NCBI GenBank assembly: GCA_965222115.1
Contig: CBDCTJ010000007.1
Coordinates: 800,001 to 864,000, forward strand
Source: Planctomycetota bacterium
GTDB taxonomy: Bacteria; Planctomycetota; PLA2; JAEUHO01
Reading direction: 5' to 3'
Length of the DNA stretch: 64,000 nucleotides
Notes under the pieces: generated by a model
The model's input: only the letters and a program-made list of their open reading frames with translations
Told to the model about the DNA's origin: nothing
Databases searched by the model: none
Shown here: positions 9,242 through 18,988 of the stretch, one piece after another
Position numbering within the stretch: the stretch's first letter is position 1
Layout: the number at the start of each line of letters is the position of its first letter
Position numbers and translations under genes: made by a program

Positions 9242-10954
9242 ATGCACTTCGGCATATCGCACCCAGGCTTGATGCGTCGCAATCGGATCTCGCCGACGAT
9301 GGTTCTCTATCTCTCTCTATCGGTTGGCATCCTGTTCGTCTTCGGCGTCAACCGCCATGCCGTTGCTTCGGGGGCTAGCCGAGTCGCCGCCGTTCGGAAA
9401 CTTCTGCGCGACGACGAACCGTCAAAGCGCGCCGCGGCCGTGAGGCGCCTAGCCGGCGATCCGTCACCCGCCGCGTTGGCGTTGGTCTGGCGAGCACTCG
9501 GCGACAACCATCCCTATGTTCGCGGTGCTGCCTATGGCGTGTTGGGACTTGTGCCGGATGGCAAAGGGCGCAAGTGGATCCGCAGAGCGTGGCGGAAAGA
9601 AAAGCGCGACCCGACGCGGCTCGCCGCGCTCACGGGGATGCTGCTTTGGGGCGTTGAACCCGCGATGCCTACGGTGATGGAGGCGCTCGGCCATCGTTCC
9701 CCCGCCATGCGCCGCGGCGCGATTGAGGCCTACGTGGATGTTGCACTTCCGGCGGGAATGAACGCGTCCGGTGATGAGGACACCGACGAAGGGGCCGAGA
9801 TTCCCCAGGACCTTCGTCGCGTGCTTCTGAAGGCGCTACATGACAAAGACGGCGGCGTGCGGGCGTGGTCGCTACGTGCACTGCTCTTGGATCCTGCGGA
9901 TCGTTACGGTCGAGACGACGCGTTGACCGGATCCATGCTTGCGCGTTTGCTTCAAGACGATGACGACCCGCGCGTTCGTTTGAGCGCTCTTGAGGGTTCC
10001 GTCGCGTTGGGCTCGGAGAAGGCGGTGTTCGCTGTTCTTCGCGGGCTGACTGATGCGGTCTGGTCGGTCCGACTCAGGGCGGCGGAACTCGCGGGAGCGA
10101 CGCGAGATCGACGGGTACTGGAAGCGCTGCCACCTCATTTGGAAGACGCGCGCCGGCGTGTTGTGCGTGCTGTTCATCACGCATTGGTGGAACTCACGGG
10201 CATACCGTTTGAGCCGCACAAGTCGCAGTGGGTGGCGTGGCTTCATGGTGATGGCAAGCGGTTCGATCCCGCCCAGGCCAGCGCCGCAAGAAACATGAGC
10301 CGCAAGAAAAATCTACGGAAGGGAACGGTCACCGGCGAGCGCACCACGTTTCTTGATCTCACGCTGATTTCGCGGCATGTGACGTTCGTTCTCGATCGAT
10401 CCGGTTCCATGAATGAACCGTGGATGGCGGGGGCTCGAGCCACCTCGTCTGCTTCAAAAGAGCAGTCGGATTCGACGAAGAAAGGCAAGCAGGCCTCAGC
10501 CACGCGTTGGCGTGAAGTTGTAGCGCGCCTTGACACGCTACTTCGCACATTGGGGCGCGAGCGACCTGCGGCGGTCGTCAATGTGGTTGTCTTCGGCAAC
10601 CGGGCCGAGGCCATATTTCCCCGTGCGGTGCCCCTTACACCCGGTCGCATTCAGGGCATACGCCGTTGGTTGGAAAAGACGGAACCCGCTGGCCGCACGG
10701 CGCTCTACGACGGGATTGAACTCGCGCTTACCGATCCGGTGATCGATAACCTTGTGGTGCTCTCCGACGGCGCGCCAAGTGCGGGCGCCTACTTTACCAA
10801 GACAGCCCTGCTACGAAACGTGCGCGCCGCCAATCACTGGCGACGCGCACGGATTGATGTGATTGCCATCGGTGCAAAGCGAGTGGCGAAGCGTTGGCGT
10901 GATCTCTTGGTTCGGCTTGCCAAAGCGAGCGGCGGTGTGTGCCTCAATCGTTAA
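9242..10954 (+). CDS. HEAT-repeat protein with C-terminal VWA domain (probably secreted or membrane-anchored)
   Basis: Repeated 'L.D..P.VR..A' HEAT units. MIDAS elements 'DRSGSM', 'TALYDG', 'LSDG'. Hydrophobic N-terminus. AGGAG precedes ATG 9242, but the start is uncertain. Confidence 0.85.
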   Translation: MHFGISHPGLMRRNRISPTMVLYLSLSVGILFVFGVNRHAVASGASRVAAVRKLLRDDEPSKRAAAVRRLAGDPSPAALALVWRALGDNHPYVRGAAYGVLGLVPDGKGRKWIRRAWRKEKRDPTRLAALTGMLLWGVEPAMPTVMEALGHRSPAMRRGAIEAYVDVALPAGMNASGDEDTDEGAEIPQDLRRVLLKALHDKDGGVRAWSLRALLLDPADRYGRDDALTGSMLARLLQDDDDPRVRLSALEGSVALGSEKAVFAVLRGLTDAVWSVRLRAAELAGATRDRRVLEALPPHLEDARRRVVRAVHHALVELTGIPFEPHKSQWVAWLHGDGKRFDPAQASAARNMSRKKNLRKGTVTGERTTFLDLTLISRHVTFVLDRSGSMNEPWMAGARATSSASKEQSDSTKKGKQASATRWREVVARLDTLLRTLGRERPAAVVNVVVFGNRAEAIFPRAVPLTPGRIQGIRRWLEKTEPAGRTALYDGIELALTDPVIDNLVVLSDGAPSAGAYFTKTALLRNVRAANHWRRARIDVIAIGAKRVAKRWRDLLVRLAKASGGVCLNR

Positions 10955-10959
10955 GGCAC

Positions 10960-11289
10960 TTATCCAATCACGCTATCGATACGCTTCTGCAGGGCGGGCT
11001 TCTTTTGCAGGCCGTTGATCTTGTCCACCACTTCGCCCCCCTTGAAGAAGAGGATGGTGGGCACGGACATGATCTTGAACTCTTTCGCTACGCCGGGTGC
11101 CTTGTCGATATCGACGGCGCCAACCTTCAAGCGACCTTCGTATTCCTCGGCCAAAGATTCAACGATGGGCGCGAGTGCACGGCAGGGGCCGCACCATGTG
11201 GCGCCAAAGTCCACGAGTACGGGTGTGTCGCTCTCTTTAACCTCGGCAACGAAGTTGTCGTCGGTGAAGGCGGGAAGCTTGTCGGACAT
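10960..11289 (-). CDS. trxA: Thioredoxin
   Basis: 'VLVDFGATWCGPCR' and cis-Pro motif 'SVPT'. About 109 aa from ATG 11289. Confidence 0.95.
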   Translation of the reverse strand: MSDKLPAFTDDNFVAEVKESDTPVLVDFGATWCGPCRALAPIVESLAEEYEGRLKVGAVDIDKAPGVAKEFKIMSVPTILFFKGGEVVDKINGLQKKPALQKRIDSVIG

Positions 11290-11523
11290 GAGGGGCTCCA
11301 TAGGAGAAGGACGAATCGAGAGGGGCGTAACGAGCAGGCGACACGACGGACGTAACGCGAACGCGCAAACGCGTCGCCGCGCCAAACGGTGGGCGAGTGT
11401 AACGGCCCTGCGTGGGGGAGCCACCAACCCCTTTCGCGCGAGGGGTCGGATCGGCCAGGGAGGTCGAACAATTGCGTCGCGTCCGGGTAGACTCCGCGGG
11501 GCTCCAACGTTTCAAGGAACGCC

Positions 11524-12111
11524 ATGCGCGCACTCATTCTCCTGCTTTCGGCACTCGTGGTCGGATTGGCAGCTTCCATCATCGTGTACATGGACCGGCG
11601 TCCAGGGCGCGTTCATGTGGGTGAAAAATTCGAAATCCGCCGCCTGCTAATCGACTCGCAAAAGGGCGAGCAAGCCGTCTACCGGGATAGCGCCACAGGC
11701 CGCCTCATGACGTGGCGTGTGAACGACATTCGCGCATTGGGCAGCCAAGTGGAGCCCACCCGACGACTCTATCGCAAACTCGCCGACCCCATGGGTCAAG
11801 CGTTGTCGGGTCCGGGTGCAACGGCCGTGTATTGGCACAAGGTATCCGAGCACGGTTGGTTTCCGCTAACAGCACCCCATATGCCGCAGGAACTTGATCG
11901 CGTGTGGATTGTGCGCGGGATTTCGCGCGAGACGATTCGTTGGCATCAGAAGGAACTCAAATGCTGGCGGGTTGACTTTATTGATCCCGCACTGCCCGAG
12001 CATCAAGACACGGTCGTGGGCTGGTTTCATCGCGATGCCCCCGTGTTTGGCCTGATTCAGTGGAAGCGCCTCGATGCCACATGGGTGCTTCAAGAATCGA
12101 GCACGTCATGA
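11524..12111 (+). CDS. Hypothetical protein with N-terminal signal/TM segment
   Basis: Hydrophobic N-terminus. C-terminal 'WFHRDAPVFGLIQW'. ATGA overlap with the next gene. Confidence 0.65.
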   Translation: MRALILLLSALVVGLAASIIVYMDRRPGRVHVGEKFEIRRLLIDSQKGEQAVYRDSATGRLMTWRVNDIRALGSQVEPTRRLYRKLADPMGQALSGPGATAVYWHKVSEHGWFPLTAPHMPQELDRVWIVRGISRETIRWHQKELKCWRVDFIDPALPEHQDTVVGWFHRDAPVFGLIQWKRLDATWVLQESSTS

Positions 12112-12785
12112 GCGCGGCCCGCGCCAAACCCACCGAGCCCTCGCGCACCACGTGGCTCGAGTGGTTGGTTGTAAGCGTGCTGGCGGCCATGGCCATCTCG
12201 CTCGCCTACATTCGTTTTCAACTCCTTCCGTCTCAGGAACGCCGTGCGCCGATTGAGTTTCGCTTTGAAAATCCATTGTTGGATGCCAAGCCCGGGGATG
12301 CGACGCTTTCCTACGAAGAACTCGATCCCACGCGAGAACACTGCATATCGGTGCGTCGTGAGGGCGTGGTGCTGCGACCACGACGGGGCAAATCGCACAT
12401 CGGCCGCGAGCGCAATTTACAAGTTGGTCGACCCTATTTGGCATGCTCGCTGCGACGTGTGGAACCTGGCGATCCCCCCTGTGGGAGTGATGCCAAGAAG
12501 GGTCAAGTGTTGATTTATCCACTAAATGACATGGGTATGCCCGTGGGCACAGGTGTCGTGCCCATGCAGATTCAACCGCGTCTCATGATGTGGCAAGACC
12601 GTCAGTTGATTGCGTATCAAGTGGACTTTCAACGGTTTGGCCCGTTGTCGGGCATTTGGACAACGTTTCTAAGTCCCGAGGCACCTGCGACCGGCCTTAT
12701 TCATATGCGAAGTTTGACGGCGGGTAGGACCGGTGCGCGCGAGATGAATCACGCCTACCGTGACGTCATGCGTGCGATTCGATGA
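12108..12785 (+). CDS. Hypothetical membrane-anchored protein, possible paralog of the upstream gene
   Basis: TM segment, 'ENPLLDAKPGD', C-terminal 'FLSPEAPATGLIHM'. ATGA overlaps on both sides. Confidence 0.65.
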   Translation: MSAARAKPTEPSRTTWLEWLVVSVLAAMAISLAYIRFQLLPSQERRAPIEFRFENPLLDAKPGDATLSYEELDPTREHCISVRREGVVLRPRRGKSHIGRERNLQVGRPYLACSLRRVEPGDPPCGSDAKKGQVLIYPLNDMGMPVGTGVVPMQIQPRLMMWQDRQLIAYQVDFQRFGPLSGIWTTFLSPEAPATGLIHMRSLTAGRTGAREMNHAYRDVMRAIR

Positions 12786-14662
12786 GGCCGACGCCCATGC
12801 CGTCTACACCTCGAACGTTGCCTGCCCACTTTGCCGCCACGCTGGCACGCGTGGGCGATCGGGATGTCTTGGAAGACAACGCAGGCACGGTTTCCCTTAA
12901 GACCTTGTTGCACGGCGCGGCCTCACTCGCCACTGCACTGGAAGCCCGCGGCGTCAGGAAAGGCGAACGGATAGGCCTTTACGCTGACAACGGCCGTCAC
13001 TGGTTGCTGGTTGATTTGGCCGCTCAACTTGTGGGTGCGGTAACGGTGCCGCGCGGGACCGATACGCCGCCCGATGAAATGGCGGGGTTCTTGAACCATG
13101 CCGGTGCCACGCGTGCATTCGTACACAACGATGCCCATGGCGAACGACTTCAAGAAGCTGTGCAGGCCACGGGTGCGGCCCCGCTTCGCGACGTAATGTC
13201 CATCGCCCATGGCGACAGCGGCGCGTCGTCGGTCGAAACGTTGGTGCGGGCTACAACCGCCGAGAGCGATTTTCAAACGCGCGCGCGCCACGTAGCCGAA
13301 GACGATCTCGTCACCATCATCTACACATCGGGAACGACCGGTCGCCCGAAGGGCGTCTCGTTGCGTCAAAGTAACTTCGGCCATCAAGTTGCTGTCTTAC
13401 CGGGCTTGCTCGACATTGGTCCCAAGGAGCGATTCCTGTCGATTCTCCCCATCTGGCACATCTTTGAGCGCACCGTGGAGTACGTCGCCCTTGTAAGTGG
13501 GTGCCGATTGAAGTTTACAACCAGGCGTCGTCTCAAAGAGGACATGCAGTCGTTCCAACCTACGTTTTTTCCCTCGGTACCCCGCATCTGGGAGTCGGTA
13601 TATGACGGTGTACAGAAGGCACTTCAAAGCGGCTCACCCGCAAAGCGCAGGGTCTTTCGTTTCGCCTACAGCGTTGCAGCCGCGCGTGCGAGGTCGTGGG
13701 ACCGAGCGCGCGGTCATGTACTCCAAACAACCGCGCGCCGAGGTGGTGCCGCACTCGCCGAACCGTTGGTTCGCGGTTGGCATGGCTTGATCGCGGCGAC
13801 CCTGCTTCCGGTGGATCGTCTCGGCCACGCCGTGGTGTTTAAGAAACTACGGGCCGTAACCGGCGGCAAGATGCGCGCCGCAATCAGCGGAGGTGGATTG
13901 ATGCCGGCCCACGTGGAACGGTTTTTCCGAACCATCGGCATTCCCATGTTGGTGGGCTACGGCCTCACCGAAACGAGTCCCGTGTTGACGCTTCGTCGCG
14001 AGGAACGAAATGTCCTTGGCACCATTGGCACCGTCGTCCCCGAAGTGGATCTTGAACTTCGCCACCCGGATACCGGTACTCCGGTGGCGCAGGGCGATGT
14101 GGGTGTGGTGTGGACCCGCGGTCCGCAAGTCATGAACGGATACTACAAGGACGACGAACTCACGTCGAACGTGATGGACGACGCGGGGTGGTTCAATACC
14201 GGCGACTTGGGTCTACTTACGCCGGCGGGTGATCTTTGCTTTCGTGGACGGCAGAAGGAAACCATTGTCCTTCGTGGCGGTGAGAACGTGGATCCGGGCG
14301 CCGTGGAAGAGGCCATTCTCGCGTCGCCGTTGGTCGCACAAGCCATCGTGGTGGGGCAAGATCAGAAACAGCTCGCGGCCTTGGTGGTACCCGACATCGA
14401 TGTTGTCGCGCGCGAGCTCAATACCATCGTTGAAGGTGGTGTCGAGGGTCTCGTGGATCTTCCCGAAGTGCTTGAGCGGATGCGCCGTGAAGTCCGTGTA
14501 CACACCGAACACCTGAAGCCCTTTGAACGCGTGCACCGTGTGGCCATGCTTCCCGAACTCTTAACACCCGAAGCCGGTACGCTCACGCAAACGCTCAAAC
14601 CGCGTCGTCACGTCATTGTGGAGCGATTTGGCGACGCGATTCGCGCTGCCTACGCATCGTAA
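12782..14662 (+). CDS. Long-chain acyl-CoA synthetase (AMP-binding)
   Basis: 'IIYTSGTTGRPKGV', 'GYGLTETSP', 'GWFNTGDLG', 'GRQKETIVLRGGENV', 'LTQTLKPRR'. Confidence 0.92.
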   Translation: MRPTPMPSTPRTLPAHFAATLARVGDRDVLEDNAGTVSLKTLLHGAASLATALEARGVRKGERIGLYADNGRHWLLVDLAAQLVGAVTVPRGTDTPPDEMAGFLNHAGATRAFVHNDAHGERLQEAVQATGAAPLRDVMSIAHGDSGASSVETLVRATTAESDFQTRARHVAEDDLVTIIYTSGTTGRPKGVSLRQSNFGHQVAVLPGLLDIGPKERFLSILPIWHIFERTVEYVALVSGCRLKFTTRRRLKEDMQSFQPTFFPSVPRIWESVYDGVQKALQSGSPAKRRVFRFAYSVAAARARSWDRARGHVLQTTARRGGAALAEPLVRGWHGLIAATLLPVDRLGHAVVFKKLRAVTGGKMRAAISGGGLMPAHVERFFRTIGIPMLVGYGLTETSPVLTLRREERNVLGTIGTVVPEVDLELRHPDTGTPVAQGDVGVVWTRGPQVMNGYYKDDELTSNVMDDAGWFNTGDLGLLTPAGDLCFRGRQKETIVLRGGENVDPGAVEEAILASPLVAQAIVVGQDQKQLAALVVPDIDVVARELNTIVEGGVEGLVDLPEVLERMRREVRVHTEHLKPFERVHRVAMLPELLTPEAGTLTQTLKPRRHVIVERFGDAIRAAYAS

Positions 14663-14742
14663 ATCGTGATGATCGTTCACCGAATCGAGCTCCGTTTGAC
14701 GCCACACGTGCGTTGCCCGAAGGGTCCGGTAGGATCTGCGCC

Positions 14743-15318
14743 ATGTTGGATCGCCAGACCCTTGTCCTGAATCGCTCGTGGACACCCGTCATGACGACGA
14801 CGGTGCGCCGTGCGATTGGGCTTATGGCGCGTGGCGCGGCATCGGCGGTGCATCCCAGCACGTACGAGACGGCGGATTGGGACGGATGGATCGAACGCGG
14901 TCCCGCCGGCACGGCGCGACTTCAAGGGGTCGATTTTCAGTTTCCCGTGCCAGAAGTTATTGTGCTGCGCACGTACAACGGGTTTCCGCGTGTCGCCGTT
15001 CGCTTCTCGCGTCGCAATGTGTATCGACGTGATGGATACGCCTGCGCCTACTGCGGGCATGCACCCCACGTTCGTGAACTCACGATTGATCACGTCGTAC
15101 CGCGCAGCCATGGCGGCTCAACGTCTTGGGAAAACTGTGTGACCGCGTGTGGCCGGTGCAATGCACGCAAGGCCGACCGGTCGCCCGAGAAGGCGGGGAT
15201 GTCGCTGCGCAGTCCACCGCGATCGCCGTCGTGGCCCGGTGGGCTTGACCCGTCGCTGCTTGCGTCCCGCCCCAACTGGCGGCGCTTCGTACCCACATCA
15301 CGTGCCATGCAGGCGTGA
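14743..15318 (+). CDS. HNH endonuclease (McrA-like)
   Basis: 'TLVLN.SW.P', 'FSRRNVY.RD...CAYCG', 'LTIDHVVPRS.GG..SWENCVTAC..CN.RKAD..P'. Confidence 0.9.
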   Translation: MLDRQTLVLNRSWTPVMTTTVRRAIGLMARGAASAVHPSTYETADWDGWIERGPAGTARLQGVDFQFPVPEVIVLRTYNGFPRVAVRFSRRNVYRRDGYACAYCGHAPHVRELTIDHVVPRSHGGSTSWENCVTACGRCNARKADRSPEKAGMSLRSPPRSPSWPGGLDPSLLASRPNWRRFVPTSRAMQA

Positions 15319-15387
15319 ATCGCACGGTTTGGATATTGCGCGTTGGACTTCGCGCACTAAACGTTCGTCTGGAACGAGGAGGTCACT

Positions 15388-15558
15388 ATCACGTGGCATG
15401 AGGACGACACAATTCTTAGCGATGACGAATACGACAAGTTCGTGGCCAAGAACTTTGGACGTGACGGTCAGCCCAAAGGCGGGCCGCCTGTAGGACTCAT
15501 CTTGTTCTTTGCCGTGCTGGCGGCACTGATTGTTGCAGGACTCGTGCTATCCAAGTAG
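15388..15558 (+). CDS. Small (56 aa) membrane protein absent from the ORF track, apparent ATC start
   Basis: Strong SD GAGGAGGT at 15376-15383, then ATC ACG TGG... giving (M)TWHEDDTILSDDEYDKFVAKNFGRDGQPKGGPPVGLILFFAVLAALIVAGLVLSK*. C-terminal TM helix. In-frame TAA at 15358 with no ATG/GTG/TTG between it and the ATC. Confidence 0.6.
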   Translation: MTWHEDDTILSDDEYDKFVAKNFGRDGQPKGGPPVGLILFFAVLAALIVAGLVLSK

Positions 15559-15699
15559 CCGCGTTGGACATTTGAAGAACCGATGGTGCGCGCCCTATGA
15601 ATAGTCTGGGACTCGCCCGGATGTCGGTATGCTCGGCCCACTACGTTTGGGCAGCTGTCCCATTTCGAGTGCGGTTCTAGAAGCAACGACCGTGGGAGC

Positions 15700-17334
15700 A
15701 TGCACGTGCAAAGTCGGGGCGATGAGCAACTTCGACTTGCGTTGTTGCATAGCGTGCGTCAGCGACCGCTGGACGTCGTGGACATCCTTCGAGAGTTGCG
15801 CAAGCGCGTGCCCGGCCTGATTCGCGGGCGGGAGGGTGTACTTCATCCTTTGCTCTTCCGCGCTCTGCAACAGGGTGACGTTTCGTTTGTGGGAACGTCG
15901 TCGCGCGGGCTGTCCCTCTATGGGCCCGAAGCCAAGCACGCAACGAAAAGGGACGAACCGGCGCACGGACTATCGCCGCAAGACGAACGACCGTTGCCGG
16001 CGCCGATTGCACCCGCGAGGCAGCGGGCCGTGTTGCACATGGCACGCGTGGTCAAGGACCCGTATCACCGCGGACGCGTCGTACGCGACATGCATGCCCA
16101 CATGGCCGATCTCGACGCCCTGCCGTCCGGCAACAGCCATCGATTTGGGAGCAAGAAAGCGATCCAGGCGGCGCTTCAACGGGTTTCGCGCGGCAAGCGC
16201 ACCGTGTTGGCGCCCGTATCCGCAGGTGACACCATCAAACGGTTTCTATTCAATGAAGGTCCGTGGATTGTGAGCACGCTGGCGCTGTTCTTTATCGCCA
16301 AGCTTTTCGTTGTGGACGTGTATCAGATTCCTTCAGGCAGCATGATGCCCACCCTTGTCACGGGCGATCGCATCGTGGTGCGTAAGTTCGCCACCGCTCG
16401 TGCTGAGGAGCGTTGGCGCATATGGACGTTTCAACGTGAGCCCAAGACCTACGTCAAACGCATGGTGGGCTTACCGGGCGAGCGAATTGCGATCCACGGG
16501 GGTGACATCTACATCAATGGCGTCATTGCCGAAAAACCCGTTGCGCTCAATCAAACGCTCCGTCGTCCGCTAGGCCATTGGGACTTTCGGCGCGCGGAGG
16601 ATGTTCGCGCTACATGGCGTCGTACGTCGTCGGGCGGCACCCATCGTTGGGTTTGGGATGGCGGTCGGCTCTCGCCCGATTGGCGCCCCGATCATCAAAC
16701 GTCATCCTATGCTATTCCCTTGCTCGATGCCTATGCAACGCTTCATGCCGAGCGGCCCAAGGATGGGCGACTTGCCATCACACTTGCACGCATGGCCAAG
16801 ACATCGGGCGAAACAGCGTGGACTTTTGAACTTGCGCCGGAGGGTGCGCGGGTGATTGAACGCGTGACCGCCGTTTCGGTTCCAGGGCACGCGCCGGTGC
16901 CCACACAAGAACGCGTGCTTTGGAAAGACAAACGCGGCGGAGACGCCCACGGAACGCTTGCGATGACGTTGGCGTTGATTGACGGCAATCTGTCGGCCGC
17001 CGTGGAGGATCTTTCGTGGAAGGGTCGGGTGAACGCGCCGCGCCATGGGCTGCGATTCGAAGTCGCCGCCACCGAGGCGTCGCTACATTCGTTTGCCCTC
17101 GACGCCGACCAACATTGGAGCAGCGTGGGGGTACATGCCGTCACGGATATTGACGACGATCCCACCACCGCCGGGCACACCCTCGGCGAACACAGCTTCT
17201 TTTTCCTGGGCGACAACACCACCAACAGCGGTGATAGTCGTATTCGAAGCCTGGGCGACGTCCATCGCAGCGAACTCATTGCGCCCGTGATCTTCAAAGT
17301 GTGGCCGCCTTCGGACCTCGGCGTGCCAAAGTAG
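15700..17334 (+). CDS. lepB: Signal peptidase I fused to N-terminal PadR-like winged HTH and HAAS/permease-prefix-like segment
   Basis: S26 boxes 'IPSGSMMPTL..GDRI', 'YVKRMVGLPGERI' and 'FFLGDN..NS.DSR'. N-terminus 'LALLHSVRQRPLDVVDILRELRKR..G....REGVLHPLL' is PadR-like. 'RDMHAHMADL...RFGSKKAIQAAL' is HAAS-like. One TM precedes the catalytic Ser. Confidence 0.85.
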   Translation: MHVQSRGDEQLRLALLHSVRQRPLDVVDILRELRKRVPGLIRGREGVLHPLLFRALQQGDVSFVGTSSRGLSLYGPEAKHATKRDEPAHGLSPQDERPLPAPIAPARQRAVLHMARVVKDPYHRGRVVRDMHAHMADLDALPSGNSHRFGSKKAIQAALQRVSRGKRTVLAPVSAGDTIKRFLFNEGPWIVSTLALFFIAKLFVVDVYQIPSGSMMPTLVTGDRIVVRKFATARAEERWRIWTFQREPKTYVKRMVGLPGERIAIHGGDIYINGVIAEKPVALNQTLRRPLGHWDFRRAEDVRATWRRTSSGGTHRWVWDGGRLSPDWRPDHQTSSYAIPLLDAYATLHAERPKDGRLAITLARMAKTSGETAWTFELAPEGARVIERVTAVSVPGHAPVPTQERVLWKDKRGGDAHGTLAMTLALIDGNLSAAVEDLSWKGRVNAPRHGLRFEVAATEASLHSFALDADQHWSSVGVHAVTDIDDDPTTAGHTLGEHSFFFLGDNTTNSGDSRIRSLGDVHRSELIAPVIFKVWPPSDLGVPK

Positions 17335-17445
17335 CCCAAGCAGAAGGCACAACTCCCCAATCCGCGACGGGTATCAGCAGCCACGATCCTTGCCGGCGCG
17401 GGATCGCCCGCGCGCGTACAATCGAATGGCCTTCGATTCGATCGA

Positions 17446-18210
17446 ATGTGCGACCCAAACATCAAGGAGTGTCGTCTGTCTCGTTCTGCCGACCGCATTC
17501 CAACGGACGCCGTGGCGGAGGCGCGCGAACCCGCCGCGAAGTCTGGCCCACGGCGCGCTTCGCCGGGCAGCCTTTGCGTCGAAGATCAAGCGCTCATGCG
17601 TGCGATTCAGGGGGGCGATCACGACGCGTTTGAACAGCTCGTTCGCAAGTATGAAGGGTTGGTGTTTTCGCTGGCTCGTCGCTACCTCGGATCCCGCTAC
17701 GACGGACTCGAGGACGTTGCGCAGCAAGTGTTCTTGCGCGTGTACCGCTCCGCCCATACCTACACGCCCCGAGCCAAGGTCAAGACGTGGCTGTTTAGCG
17801 TAACTGTGAACGCGTGCCTGAATGAGATTCGGCGTTTGCGCGCGCAGAAAAACGCGCGATCAAACTCGTTCACGGCTGTGTTTGGCGAAAGCGAAGATGG
17901 GCCTCGCATTGAGGACCGCCGCGAGATGAGTACCGCAGCGGCGCTCGATGTGCAGGCGCTAGAGCGCCGTGTCGAACAGGCGGTCGATGGTCTTCCGGAA
18001 CAACAGCGGCTGGCGCTGATCTTGGTTCGCTTCCACGATTGCAGTTACGAAGAGATCGCCGAAACGATGGAGACTACGGTGCCGGCCGTGAAGTCGTTGC
18101 TGACCCGCGCCCGCACCAATTTGCGCAAAGCGCTTGCCGAGCCGGTTGCGGCCTCGCCCCTTGGGGCAAGGTCTGAATCGGCCGCATCCGGAAGGGAGAT
18201 GCCCGAGTGA
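17446..18210 (+). CDS. ECF-family RNA polymerase sigma factor
   Basis: Region 2 'AFEQLVRKY...EDVAQQVFLRVY...KTWLF.V..NACLNE.R'. Region 4 'LPEQQRLALIL...SYEEIAETM......VKSLL.RAR..LR'. The true start may be later. Confidence 0.93.
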   Translation: MCDPNIKECRLSRSADRIPTDAVAEAREPAAKSGPRRASPGSLCVEDQALMRAIQGGDHDAFEQLVRKYEGLVFSLARRYLGSRYDGLEDVAQQVFLRVYRSAHTYTPRAKVKTWLFSVTVNACLNEIRRLRAQKNARSNSFTAVFGESEDGPRIEDRREMSTAAALDVQALERRVEQAVDGLPEQQRLALILVRFHDCSYEEIAETMETTVPAVKSLLTRARTNLRKALAEPVAASPLGARSESAASGREMPE

Positions 18211-18438
18211 TGTTCGTCCAATTTCACGATCGCCGGCGGTTGAACCCCGCGACTTTCTCCGCTTTTTCGTGTTTCAGAAACTGCTGCCGCGCGTGTTCCC
18301 GTGCGCTGCAGCCCAGCAAAGGTCCCCTGTCATGAACACGCACAGTTCGTCCCCGCATGATTCTTCCAATCGCGATCCATCTCCCATGACCCCCTTCAGG
18401 GTGATGGTTTCGCGGGAGATGGGTCGTTAGACGGCGAG

Positions 18439-18981
18439 GTGATGACCGAGTTAGACAGGAAGATCGATCGGGCGCTCTCGCTATATCGCGACGAGCCGGT
18501 GCCCACGGGCTTTTCGTCGCGCGTGCGCGCAAGGCTCGCTGATTCCTCGAAGTTGCCATCCACGAAGGCGTATGAGCCCGCGCCCAAGTTGCGTGCAGTA
18601 GGTGGTAGGCCGCGTAGGCCGTCGTGGCTGCTTGCCGCGGCCGCGCTTGTGCTTGGTGCGGGAGTGATGTGGGGTGTGCTTCGTGCAACCGATCAAGGGG
18701 CGCGTGATCAGGCGGACGCCACTCATCAATCAGCAACCAACCAATCAGCAATCAACCGTGATGCAGCGCTTGAGCCGTTGTTGGCCGAAGTGCCTGCCGA
18801 TCTGTTGCCGCATGTTGAGTTCTTGGCCACGCTCGATGACGATTCGTTTGAAGTCGTGATGGACGGCGCCTGGAGTCCCGATGGTCTGCTTGCCGATGGC
18901 AGTGCTATTGAAGGCAGTGCTATTGAAGGCAGTGCTATTGAAGGCAGTGCTATTGATGGCGGCGGTGCGGACGAGGGGTAG
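18439..18981 (+). CDS. Putative anti-sigma factor (single TM)
   Basis: Follows the ECF sigma. Pattern 'LDRKIDRAL...EPVP.GF..RV.ARL', TM 'WLLAAAALVLGAGVMWGVL', then 'DLL..VEFL..LD'. The 5' end may extend to ATG 18332 through a frameshift. Confidence 0.7.
   Translation: MMTELDRKIDRALSLYRDEPVPTGFSSRVRARLADSSKLPSTKAYEPAPKLRAVGGRPRRPSWLLAAAALVLGAGVMWGVLRATDQGARDQADATHQSATNQSAINRDAALEPLLAEVPADLLPHVEFLATLDDDSFEVVMDGAWSPDGLLADGSAIEGSAIEGSAIEGSAIDGGGADEG
18898..18957 (+). repeat. 15-bp coding tandem repeat x4 (GSAIE)
   Basis: GGCAGTGCTATTGAA x3 followed by GGCAGTGCTATTGAT. Confidence 0.95.
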
Positions 18982-18988
18982 TTCATTC

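Noticed and set aside
18881-18988. (AVLLK)n N-terminus of the 479-aa ORF
   Set aside because: Alternate-frame reading of the GSAIE repeat in the anti-sigma gene. The real start is more likely ATG 18989 or later.
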